Shown here: piece after piece, positions 52,134-60,782 of the stretch
Layout of the letters: the number at the start of each line of letters is the position of its first letter
Position numbering within the stretch: the first letter of the stretch is position 1
Source: Alphaproteobacteria bacterium
Lineage (GTDB): Bacteria; Pseudomonadota; Alphaproteobacteria; JAAXGF01
Reading direction: 5' to 3'
Assembly: GCA_963555825.3 (NCBI GenBank)
Contig: CAUVXB020000002.1
Location: 2,976,001 to 3,040,000, forward strand
DNA length: 64,000 nucleotides
Notes under the pieces: generated by a model
What the model saw: the letters and a program-made list of their open reading frames with translations, nothing else
What the model was told of the DNA's origin: nothing
Database searches by the model: none
Translations under genes and position numbers: made by a program

Positions 52134-55100
52134 TCAGCCGCCGAACTTGCGCAGCTGCTCGACGATGACGTCGGGGATGCGATAGCCCTCGAGGCCGCGC
52201 CGCAGCATGGTGTCGAGCTCGCCCAAGATGTTGATGTTGAACTCGACCGGAAAGCCGTCATAGAACGATGGGTTGGCGCCAAGCAGGTGGAGCCCCACCA
52301 CGGTGTCGCCGTCGGCCTTTCTGTCGAGCGTAACGCGCAGCCGTTCATACTCAAAATTCTCCAGGGCGGCGAGCATCAGCGTAGCGCCTTCGCCGGCCTC
52401 GCGCAACGCGCTCGGCGCCGCGTCGGGTTTGTAGCGCAGCACGCCGCCCTCCGGGCCCGCCTCGAGCACGCCGCCCGCGATGACCACGCCGGCGTCGGCG
52501 AAGCTGACCGGGATGCGGCCGCTCAACAGGCCGGTCGCCTCGAGACCGCCGATTTCGGCCAGCGCGACGACCTGGGCGAGGTCGATTTCGGCGACGTCGA
52601 ACGTGACCTCGTGCCGGTCGGCGGCCGGATCGATGCGATACGCGCCGGCGCTGATCGTGCCGCCCGCCCAGCGCCATTCCGCGTGCTCGACGTCGATCGT
52701 GCCCTCGGGGGACAGCTGGAAGGTCACGATGCCGTCGGTCAGCGGCAGGCCGGCGTCGAGCAGGGCGACGGCAACGAGCTGACCGGGATGTGTCGACGGC
52801 GGCCAGACGCCGTCCAAGCGGACCACCGCGTTGGCCTGTTCGACGCGGATCTGATCGACGGTCGCCGAAACGTCCTCGATCAGCAGCGTGATGTCAGGGA
52901 TCAGCCTGCCGTCCGACCAGGCGATCTCGCCTTCGGCCGCTACCGCGCCGGCGACGTCGTCGACCAACCCTTGCAACATCGGAAACAGGTGACCCGGCTG
53001 CACCAGGCCCGGCGCGAAGCCGATGCGCTCGATCTCGAAGGCGAGGCGGCCATCGCGCGTCGCCAGGTCGTGCGTGCCGGTCAGACGTGCGGTCAGACGC
53101 TCGGCGTCGTCGTCCACGGTGGCTGTGAACGCGAGCCGGTCGCCCGCCCGGTCGATCGCGCCGGCCAGCCGTAGCGGTATGACGAAGGCGCGTCCGCCGC
53201 CGTGCCGCAGCCGCGCGACGGCGAACTCGGCGAACCGCCCACCGGCCTCGCGGGTGTCGAGCGTCACGTCGATGCCGTCGATCGCGACATCCTCACCCGG
53301 CATGCGCAGCGATGCGCCACGCGTCGCGACGACGCTCTCGTAGCTGCCGTCGAGCGGCAGAAGCGTGCCTTCGAGGGTCAATTCCGGGGTCACGAAGACG
53401 ATCGCCGTCGTCCCGCCGTCGGGCAAGGTCACGGCGCCTTCGAGGACGAGGTCGAGGAGGCCGATCCGATGGCGCGTGGCGAGCGTGCCGGCGCTCCAGT
53501 CGGCCTCGATGACCGGTGACGGCGCGAGCCGGAGCGATACCGGGCGGCTGGTCTCGAAAATCTCGGCGACGCGCAGCGCGCCGACATCGAGCCGGGCGCC
53601 GTCACGAAGCATCACGGTTAGCCGGTCGCCGACCAGGTCGACCCGGCCATCGAGTTCGATGTCGATGCGTTCGGCCTCGATGCGGTCGACCGCCACCGTC
53701 GCGCGCGCGACCATGCTGAAGCCGCCGGTCAGCGCGCTCGGCGTACCGGCGAGACTGGCGCTGAGACGGTCGATCGTGACGCTCGACGCGGCCAGCGCAA
53801 GGCGCTCGGTCGAAAGCCTGATATGCGGCACGGTCACGGCGATCAATGCGCCCGTCGGGTCGAGTTCGGCGGTCGCGTCGAACTCGGCGTCGAGCGTCAC
53901 GCCGGAGGCCAGCGTCACGCGCAGGCCGGTCGCCCCATAGAGCGTTTTGCCGGCGTCCGTGGCGGTCAGCGAGACGAACGGCGGCGCGCGGCCGTCGCCG
54001 CCAAGGGCGAGCCTCAGCGGACCGTCGAGATGCGTCGCGGCAAATTCGCCGAGGCCGCTCGAGGCGAGCGCCGCGGGATCGGCGCGCCCGAGTGTGACGT
54101 CGAGGCCCTCGGGCGCGGTCAGCGAGACCGAGTCCGGCGTCAGCTCGACGTCGACGGCGCCATCGACCGCGATGCCCGTGGCGAGACCCGGGAAAGCCGC
54201 GCCGTCGAGTGCCAGCGTTACGATACCCGCCGCCGAGAGACCATCGAAGGCGGCTGCCGGTTGCGCAGAACTGCCCAGGGCGCCCTTGAGCGCCAAAGCG
54301 ATGCGGCCGGTCCCGAGGGCCGGTCGAGGCGGCTCGCCCGAACCGGTCACGGCATCCCGCACCATCGCCTCGCCGTCGATGATGAAGGTCGCCGGTGACG
54401 CGCCACCATCGGTCAGCGTGGCGTCGAGCGTCGCCTCAATGACCGGCCCGCTCGACAGCACGAGACGCACGCCGCCCGCGGCGCTGGCCGATAGCGCGTC
54501 GCCGTCGGCGCGCAGGTAGGCGAACAGCGGCGGCTGGCCCTTGCCGCCGATGTCGAGTGTGACCAGGCCGGCCAGCAGCTGGCGGATGTCGGCGCCAAGG
54601 CCGGCCGCCGCCAGCATGTCCTGGTCCGCGTCGATGACCTCGAAACGGATTCCGTCGCGCGACGTCGCGGTCAGCGCGCCGCCCATCAGGCGCAACTCGG
54701 CGCGGCCGTCGGCCGTGACTTTCGCGGCGAGGCCCGGCAAAGCGACATCGGCAAAGGCGAAGTCGACACCGCCCGCGAGGTCGAAGGTCGCGAGCCCGTC
54801 GCGCGCCGCAAGCAACCCGGCCAGCGCATCGGGGCCGGGCAGGTCGCCCGACAGCGAGAGCGATGCGCGGCCCGTGCCGGCGGTCGCGTCCAGCGTCGCC
54901 AGCACGCCGCCGAGCGCCGCCGGGTCGCTCGCACGCACCTCGAACGCGAGCGTGAAACGTGGTGTCGCGCTGTTGAGGCCGTCGATCGAAGCGCTACCGT
55001 TGAGGCCGAGTCGGTCGTCGGTCGAGGCCGCGGCGAGTGATGCGACGAGGCGACCCGCGGTGTGTGCGAGATCGAGCGTGGCGTCGGCAAACGTCAGGCC

Positions 55101-55847
55101 GGGCAGGGTGACGGCGCGCGCCGTAAGCCGACCCTCGAGCCGCGTGATCGCGCGGCCGGTAGCCGCCAAACGTATCGCACCGGCGAGGCCGTCGGCGTCG
55201 GCTGGACCCAGCACGAGGCGACCGCCGTTGACGTCGAACCGCGCGTCGACGCCGTCGCCTGGCGTCGTCTCGGCGGTCAGGCGCCCCTCGATCGTGCCGT
55301 GAGCGCCGCGCAGCGCGACGTCGGCCGAGACGCGCAACACGCCGCCGGCGGTAATCGCCTCGCCGGTCGCCGACACCGTCACCTCGCCCAGCGGCGTCGT
55401 GAGCGAAACCTCGATGCCGCGCAGCTCGACGACGTCGACCGGCGGCGCTGCGGTCGTCGCCGCCGGATCGGCCGCGATCAGGCCGTCGAGGGCACCGAAC
55501 GAGACGCCGCCGGGGCCGGCCGTACCGCGCAGCCGGGCGCCGATGACGATAACGCGGCGTAGCCGACCGGCGATCAGCTCGTCAGGGCGATATTCGATCG
55601 CGAGGTCGCCGATCGTGATATCCCCATTGGCGCCGATGCGGATGTCGCCGGCGACCGCCCGCGTCCAGCCGACGCGGCGTATCGTCAGGGCGGCGTCGTC
55701 GATGCCGATGGCGGCGAGTTCGTCGAGCAGTCGGGGCTCGACGAAATCGGGGATCGCATGGCCGGCGACGACGCCCGCCGCCAGGCCCAGTGCGAACATG
55801 ACGAGCAGCACGCGGGGCAGATAGCGGCGCGATCCGCGCTTGGCCAT
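52134..55847 (-). CDS. ydbH: YdbH family intermembrane lipid-transfer protein (AsmA-like), 1237 aa
   Basis: N-terminal TM, long amphipathic beta region, C-terminal G.LSGRIP, ALENF.Y..L, GANP...G.PV.FNINI; ynbE-ydbL downstream. Confidence 0.85.
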   Translation of the reverse strand: MAKRGSRRYLPRVLLVMFALGLAAGVVAGHAIPDFVEPRLLDELAAIGIDDAALTIRRVGWTRAVAGDIRIGANGDITIGDLAIEYRPDELIAGRLRRVIVIGARLRGTAGPGGVSFGALDGLIAADPAATTAAPPVDVVELRGIEVSLTTPLGEVTVSATGEAITAGGVLRVSADVALRGAHGTIEGRLTAETTPGDGVDARFDVNGGRLVLGPADADGLAGAIRLAATGRAITRLEGRLTARAVTLPGLTFADATLDLAHTAGRLVASLAAASTDDRLGLNGSASIDGLNSATPRFTLAFEVRASDPAALGGVLATLDATAGTGRASLSLSGDLPGPDALAGLLAARDGLATFDLAGGVDFAFADVALPGLAAKVTADGRAELRLMGGALTATSRDGIRFEVIDADQDMLAAAGLGADIRQLLAGLVTLDIGGKGQPPLFAYLRADGDALSASAAGGVRLVLSSGPVIEATLDATLTDGGASPATFIIDGEAMVRDAVTGSGEPPRPALGTGRIALALKGALGSSAQPAAAFDGLSAAGIVTLALDGAAFPGLATGIAVDGAVDVELTPDSVSLTAPEGLDVTLGRADPAALASSGLGEFAATHLDGPLRLALGGDGRAPPFVSLTATDAGKTLYGATGLRVTLASGVTLDAEFDATAELDPTGALIAVTVPHIRLSTERLALAASSVTIDRLSASLAGTPSALTGGFSMVARATVAVDRIEAERIDIELDGRVDLVGDRLTVMLRDGARLDVGALRVAEIFETSRPVSLRLAPSPVIEADWSAGTLATRHRIGLLDLVLEGAVTLPDGGTTAIVFVTPELTLEGTLLPLDGSYESVVATRGASLRMPGEDVAIDGIDVTLDTREAGGRFAEFAVARLRHGGGRAFVIPLRLAGAIDRAGDRLAFTATVDDDAERLTARLTGTHDLATRDGRLAFEIERIGFAPGLVQPGHLFPMLQGLVDDVAGAVAAEGEIAWSDGRLIPDITLLIEDVSATVDQIRVEQANAVVRLDGVWPPSTHPGQLVAVALLDAGLPLTDGIVTFQLSPEGTIDVEHAEWRWAGGTISAGAYRIDPAADRHEVTFDVAEIDLAQVVALAEIGGLEATGLLSGRIPVSFADAGVVIAGGVLEAGPEGGVLRYKPDAAPSALREAGEGATLMLAALENFEYERLRVTLDRKADGDTVVGLHLLGANPSFYDGFPVEFNINILGELDTMLRRGLEGYRIPDVIVEQLRKFGG

Positions 55848-55871
55848 CTCTCGCTCTCCGATAACGGCCGG

Positions 55872-56777
55872 TTACGCCGCGCCTCTGGCGCGGAAACCGG
55901 CCGGGTCGATCCCGTGGAAGGCCTTGAAGGCGCGTGAGAAATAGCTGCGGCTGGCATAGCCGACCGATGCCGCGACGGTCTTGACGGGCAAGCTGGTGTT
56001 GGCCAGCGTATTGGCCGCGCGCCTGAGGCGCAGCTCCTTCAGGAAGTCCATCGCCGAGCGGCCGAAGGCGTCGGCGAAATGCATGGTGAACGCGGATCGG
56101 CTCATGCCGGCAATTTCGGCCAGTCGGTCGAGCGTGAAGGACGCGCCGGGATCGTCGAGCATCACCATCACCGCGGCGCCGAGCCGGGGATCCTCGAGCG
56201 CCGAGAGCCACGAAACACGGCATTCGCCGCTCGCGCAATGTTGCCTGAGAAGAAGCACCAGGCATTGTTTCATGAGCGCTTCGCTCAACGCGTCGGTGCC
56301 CGGTTGGGGCGACGCCAGTTCCGCGAGCAGGGCCTCGAACGCGCCGCGAATCGGGCCGTTGTCGGTGAAGTCCTCGACAATTGGCTCGCGCAGATAGTCG
56401 AACAATCCCTTGCCGTGCCGATAGGTCGCGCTGATCGCGCCACAGGCCAAGATCAGGCCGTGCTCGCCGCAGCCCGCGGCGATCCGCTCAAGGCCGTCGG
56501 TCATCGGGCTGCAGGCGAGCGCGGGAACCGTCGCCTGGCCGCCGCCGCCGGCCTCGATGCGCTGGCGGACGCCCGAGGGCACGATCATGAAGGTGTGCGC
56601 CCGCGCGTCGATCGCGGGACCGCCGGCCAAGCGTATGGTGCCGGCGCCGGCCAGCGTGTAATGGACCGTCGCCGTATCGCTGGCATCGAATGCGAGATGC
56701 GCATCACCACGCACGTCGCACACCGCGAACGGCTCGACGCCGACCTCTAGGCCGGCCAGAAGCTTCTCGAGAAGCAT
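55872..56777 (-). CDS. AraC-family regulator with cupin domain
   Basis: LA.IAGMSRSAF, VGYASRSYFSRAFK; start moved to ATG 56777. Confidence 0.92.
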   Translation of the reverse strand: MLLEKLLAGLEVGVEPFAVCDVRGDAHLAFDASDTATVHYTLAGAGTIRLAGGPAIDARAHTFMIVPSGVRQRIEAGGGGQATVPALACSPMTDGLERIAAGCGEHGLILACGAISATYRHGKGLFDYLREPIVEDFTDNGPIRGAFEALLAELASPQPGTDALSEALMKQCLVLLLRQHCASGECRVSWLSALEDPRLGAAVMVMLDDPGASFTLDRLAEIAGMSRSAFTMHFADAFGRSAMDFLKELRLRRAANTLANTSLPVKTVAASVGYASRSYFSRAFKAFHGIDPAGFRARGAA

Positions 56778-56904
56778 GACCTCTGCGTCCTCTCCTGGCC
56801 GACGGCGCCGGCTGCTTTTGGCCGATTGGGCACCGTCGACACCCCAAAAAGCACCTTCATCGGCCCATCTTGTCAAGACCGGAACATCTTCGAGGAGATC
56901 AACC

Positions 56905-57720
56905 ATGTGTGAAACCCACGACCACAAGGGGGTCGATCGCCGCTCGGTCATCACGACTGGGGCGGCCGGTATCGCCGCGACCGCGGCGTTCGCTGCGGTC
57001 GGCGTCAGGCGCGCCGAGGCGGCCCACGGCGCCTATGCCGATCCCGCCGAGGGCGCACTGCCGCCGTCCGATCTCGCGCTCAATGTCAAGCGGGCCGCGC
57101 TTGTCGTGACCGATCCGCAGATCGACTTCTTGAGCCCCAACGGCGTGACCTGGGGCGTCGTCGGCAAGAGCGTCGAGCACAACGGCACGGTGGCCAACAT
57201 CGGGCGCCTGTTCAAGGCGGCCAAGCAGGCCGACATGACGGTGGCGATCTCGCCGCACTACTACTATCCGACCGACCATGGCTGGAAGTTCAGTGGCCCG
57301 CTCGAGAAGCTGATGCACAAGATCGGCATGTTCGACCGGCCGAGCGCCTACACGGTCGAGGGCTTCGAAGGCTCGGGCGCCGATTTCATGCCCGAGTACA
57401 AGGAATACATCCACGACGGCAAGACGATCATCGCCTCGCCGCACAAGGTCTACGGTCCCGAGAACAACGACCTGGTGCTGCAGCTGCGCAAGCAGCGCGT
57501 CGACCAGGTGGTGCTCGCTGGCATGTCGGCCAACCTCTGCCTCGAGTCGCATATGCGCGAGCTCCAGGAACAGGGCTTCGAGGTCGCCGTGGTGCGCGAC
57601 GCCACCGCCGCGGCGATGCTGCCAGAAGGCGACGGCTACCAGGCGGCGCTGACCAACTTCCGCTACATGGCGAACGCCCTGTGGACGACCGACGAGGCGG
57701 TCAAGCGCATCACCGCCTAG
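56905..57720 (+). CDS. Cysteine hydrolase (isochorismatase family) with Tat-like signal
   Basis: GAGGAG RBS; DRRSVI; triad VTDPQ.DF, HK, GMSANLC; VVRDAT. Confidence 0.88.
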   Translation: MCETHDHKGVDRRSVITTGAAGIAATAAFAAVGVRRAEAAHGAYADPAEGALPPSDLALNVKRAALVVTDPQIDFLSPNGVTWGVVGKSVEHNGTVANIGRLFKAAKQADMTVAISPHYYYPTDHGWKFSGPLEKLMHKIGMFDRPSAYTVEGFEGSGADFMPEYKEYIHDGKTIIASPHKVYGPENNDLVLQLRKQRVDQVVLAGMSANLCLESHMRELQEQGFEVAVVRDATAAAMLPEGDGYQAALTNFRYMANALWTTDEAVKRITA

Positions 57721-57745
57721 GCGCGCCGATCGCTTGACCGTAAAT

Positions 57746-57777
57746 GGCGGCGGCCGCACCCCCCTGCGGCCGCCGCC
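57746..57777. terminator. Strong GC hairpin after the hydrolase gene
   Basis: Perfect 13-bp stem GGCGGCGGCCGCA-C6-TGCGGCCGCCGCC; no clear U-tract. Confidence 0.5.
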
Positions 57778-57890
57778 GAATTCTCAGTGCCTGGCCGCGC
57801 CATGCATTCCGGCGGCGACGACCGCTTCACGAAACATCACAACTCATTCAGCTGGGCGGCATAAGCCGTCGCGCGCGCTTACATGTGTGT

Positions 57891-58161
57891 CTAGTGGATA
57901 GATTCCAACATAGGGTACCCATACGATCCCATATCCCGGTTTCTCGGCAGGAGAGCGCCCGCCGGCGATGCATTTGCATCGGCAAGGGTGTTCGACGCCC
58001 CGAGAAGCCGGGATATGGCCCCCGCAGGCCGGCGTCCCAAGGTCGCCGGACGCGTTGCCCGATGCTTGTGATGCTCCAGCATCACCGCACATCGGGCGCC
58101 TTTCCGGGCGACCTTGGGACGCCGTCGTATGGGTACCATATGGTGGATTCTATCCACCAAG
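57891..58161. mobile_element. ~270-bp MITE-like element, structural homolog of 7835-8095
   Basis: 33-bp TIRs GTGGATAGATTCCAACATAGGGTACCCATACGA (3 mismatches); two internal long hairpins; CTAG at 57891 and 58162. Confidence 0.85.
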
Positions 58162-58283
58162 CTAGGCCAGGATCCTTGCGTGAGGTCGGCCGGATAGCCA
58201 CCCATGAGTGAAGGAGGTGCGGCCCCATGGCGCACGTGGTAGGGTCGGGACACAGCCGCCAGCCGGGGACAGCGACGCCGCGG

Positions 58284-59042
58284 ATGACATCGAACGAGAA
58301 CGATACGCTGCAGCCGAGGGGCAGTGCGGTAGGGCGACTTTGGCCCATCGCGGCATTATTGGTCGCCATCGCAGCCTTGTTTCTTTTCGGCCCCGACAAC
58401 CAGACCGTCTTCGAGACGCTGCGTGAGCACCGCCAGGCGATGCTCGGCTTCGTCGCCGACAATGCCGTATTGGCCGGCGCGACCTTCTTCGCGATCTATG
58501 TCGTTGCGATCGCCTTTTCGGTGCCGGGCGGCGCAATGATGACGATCGTCGGCGGTTTTCTTTTCGGACCGATTGTCACGGCGAGCTATGTCGTCTTCGC
58601 TGCGACGCTGGGCGCCACGATACTGTTCATCGTCGCGCGCAGCGCGGTCGGCAATCGGCTGCGCGAACGCGCCGGGCCGTGGCTGAAGAAGATGGAGGCC
58701 GGCTTTCAGGACAACGCGCTCAGCTATCTTTTGGTGCTCAGGCTGGTGCCGCTGTTTCCCTTCTTCGTCGTCAACCTGGTGCCGGCCTTCCTGGGCGTCC
58801 GCCTGCGGACCTATGTCGTCGGCACCTTCTTCGGCATCATTCCGGGCACCTTCGTCTTCGCGCTCGCTGGCGACGGGCTGGGCAGCGTGCTCGATCAGGG
58901 TGGCGACTTCGACTTGGCCACCGTCCTGACGCCGCAGATGATCGCGGCATTGATCGGCCTCGCCCTGCTCGCCCTCGTACCGGTCGTCTACAAGAAGATG
59001 CGGTCGCGCAAACCAGGCGCCGGCACCTCGGGCGGGGCCTGA
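58284..59042 (+). CDS. TVP38/TMEM64 (DedA superfamily) membrane protein
   Basis: SVPG...TI.GGFLFG, ATLGA, LRLVPLFPFFVVN, GIIPGT. Confidence 0.92.
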   Translation: MTSNENDTLQPRGSAVGRLWPIAALLVAIAALFLFGPDNQTVFETLREHRQAMLGFVADNAVLAGATFFAIYVVAIAFSVPGGAMMTIVGGFLFGPIVTASYVVFAATLGATILFIVARSAVGNRLRERAGPWLKKMEAGFQDNALSYLLVLRLVPLFPFFVVNLVPAFLGVRLRTYVVGTFFGIIPGTFVFALAGDGLGSVLDQGGDFDLATVLTPQMIAALIGLALLALVPVVYKKMRSRKPGAGTSGGA

Positions 59043-59045
59043 ACC

Positions 59046-60470
59046 TTGGCCCGTGAACTGAAGGTCGACATCTGCGTCATCGGCGCCGGCTCGGGCGGCC
59101 TCTCGGTCGCCGCCGGGGCGAGCCAGATGGGCGCCGAGACCGCGCTCATCGAAGGCGGCGCGATGGGCGGCGACTGCCTCAACTTCGGCTGCGTACCGTC
59201 CAAGGCGCTGCTCGCCGCCGGCCACGTCGCCGAGCGTATCCGACGCGCCGGGCGGTTCGGCGTCAACGGCGTCGAGCCGACGGTCGACTTCGGCGCCGTC
59301 CACGACCACGTCCACGACGTCATCGCCGGCATCGCGCCGCACGACTCGGTCGAACGCTTCGAGGGGCTCGGCGTGCATGTCGTCCAGGAATATGGCCGCT
59401 TCACCGGTCCGGGCAGGGTCCAGGCGGGCGACACCGAGGTGCGCGCGCGGCGCTTCGTCGTGGCGACCGGCTCGCGGCCGCTGGTGCCGCCGATCCCGGG
59501 GCTCGACGGGACGCCGTTCCTGACCAACGAGACGGTGTTCGGGCTGACCGAGGCGCCCGAGCATCTGATGATCGTCGGCGGCGGCCCGATCGGCGCCGAA
59601 CTCGCCCAGGCGTTCCGCCGCCTCGGCGCGCGTGTGACGATCATCGAGATGTTCGCACTGATGGGCAACGACGACCCCGAGCTGGTCGACGTGGTGCGCA
59701 CGCGGCTGCGCGCCGAGGGCGTCGAGATCCACGAGGGCGCCAAGGTGGTGCGCGTCGAGGGTCGCGGCAACGCCGTCGCCGTGGTCGCCGAGGCGGGCGG
59801 TACCGAGCGGCGCATCGACGGCTCGCATCTGCTGATCGCCGCCGGCCGCGCCGCCAACGTCGACGGTCTCGGCCTCGACGACGCCGGCATCGCCTACACG
59901 CCCCGCGGCATCGCGGTCGACGCCAGGCTGCGTTCGTCGAACCGCCGCGTTTACGCCATCGGCGATGTCGCCGGCGGCTATGCCTTCACCCACATGGCGG
60001 CGTACCACGCCGGCATCGTCATCAAGAACGCCCTGTTCCGGCTGCCCGCCAAGGTCGATCGTCGCGCCGTCCCGTGGGTCACCTTCACCGACCCCGAGCT
60101 GGCCCAGGTCGGCATGACCGAAGCCCGGGCGCGCGAAGCCGGCGAGACCATCCGCGTGCTGCGCTGGCCGTTCGCCGAGAACGACCGCGCCCGCACGGAA
60201 CGCGAGACACAGGGCTTCGTCAAGGCGGTGACGACGGCGCGCGGGCGCATCCTGGGCGCCGGCATCGTCGGGTCGGGCGCCGGCGAGCTGATCCAGCCGT
60301 GGGAGTTAGCGATCCGCGCCAAGCTCAAGATCGGCGCCATGGCCGGGCTGATCGCGCCCTATCCGACGCTGGCCGAGGTCAACAAGCGCGCCGCGGAGAG
60401 CTTCTATACCGAGCAGCTGTTCAGCGAGCGCACCCGCAAGCTGGTCCGTTTCCTGGCGCGTTTCGGTTAG
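59046..60470 (+). CDS. Pyridine nucleotide-disulfide oxidoreductase (Lpd/MerA-like)
   Basis: IGAGSGG, GGDCLNFGCVPSKAL, GGGPIG.E, AIGD, TFTDPE, PYPT; no C-terminal Cys-Cys. Confidence 0.92.
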   Translation: MARELKVDICVIGAGSGGLSVAAGASQMGAETALIEGGAMGGDCLNFGCVPSKALLAAGHVAERIRRAGRFGVNGVEPTVDFGAVHDHVHDVIAGIAPHDSVERFEGLGVHVVQEYGRFTGPGRVQAGDTEVRARRFVVATGSRPLVPPIPGLDGTPFLTNETVFGLTEAPEHLMIVGGGPIGAELAQAFRRLGARVTIIEMFALMGNDDPELVDVVRTRLRAEGVEIHEGAKVVRVEGRGNAVAVVAEAGGTERRIDGSHLLIAAGRAANVDGLGLDDAGIAYTPRGIAVDARLRSSNRRVYAIGDVAGGYAFTHMAAYHAGIVIKNALFRLPAKVDRRAVPWVTFTDPELAQVGMTEARAREAGETIRVLRWPFAENDRARTERETQGFVKAVTTARGRILGAGIVGSGAGELIQPWELAIRAKLKIGAMAGLIAPYPTLAEVNKRAAESFYTEQLFSERTRKLVRFLARFG

Positions 60471-60723
60471 CCCGGTTTTCCCACCATGGACAGACGTGTC
60501 ATCGCGTCGGCCGGAGTCTGGTCCACTGGGAGAAGGCCGCCGCGCAGAATTACGGGGACGTGATACTTAATTATATGGTGACAGTATACCTAGTAAGTTT
60601 GAATTAAGGATCACGTCCCCTTGATTCTCTCTTGATTCTCTAATTCATTGTGGCCCGCGCGCTTATCCTAGCCTGTCGTCCGATATCCGCCGTGCCGCAC
60701 CTGTCCATGGTGAGAATTCCGGG
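60471..60723. repeat. IR-bounded ~253-bp element with a nested AT-rich palindrome
   Basis: CCCGGTTTTCCCACCATGGACAG / CTGTCCATGGTGAGAATTCCGGG (20 of 23 paired); inner IR 60554-60572/60602-60620 (18 of 19). Confidence 0.7.
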
Positions 60724-60782
60724 CCGACGCAGCCGGGCATGCCAGGTGGGCCGTGGGCGCGAAATTGCCCTATAATCGACCC

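Noticed and set aside
59046-60470. Mercuric reductase merA
   Set aside because: No C-terminal Cys pair, no NmerA domain, no mer operon; the TVP38 + oxidoreductase pair is common
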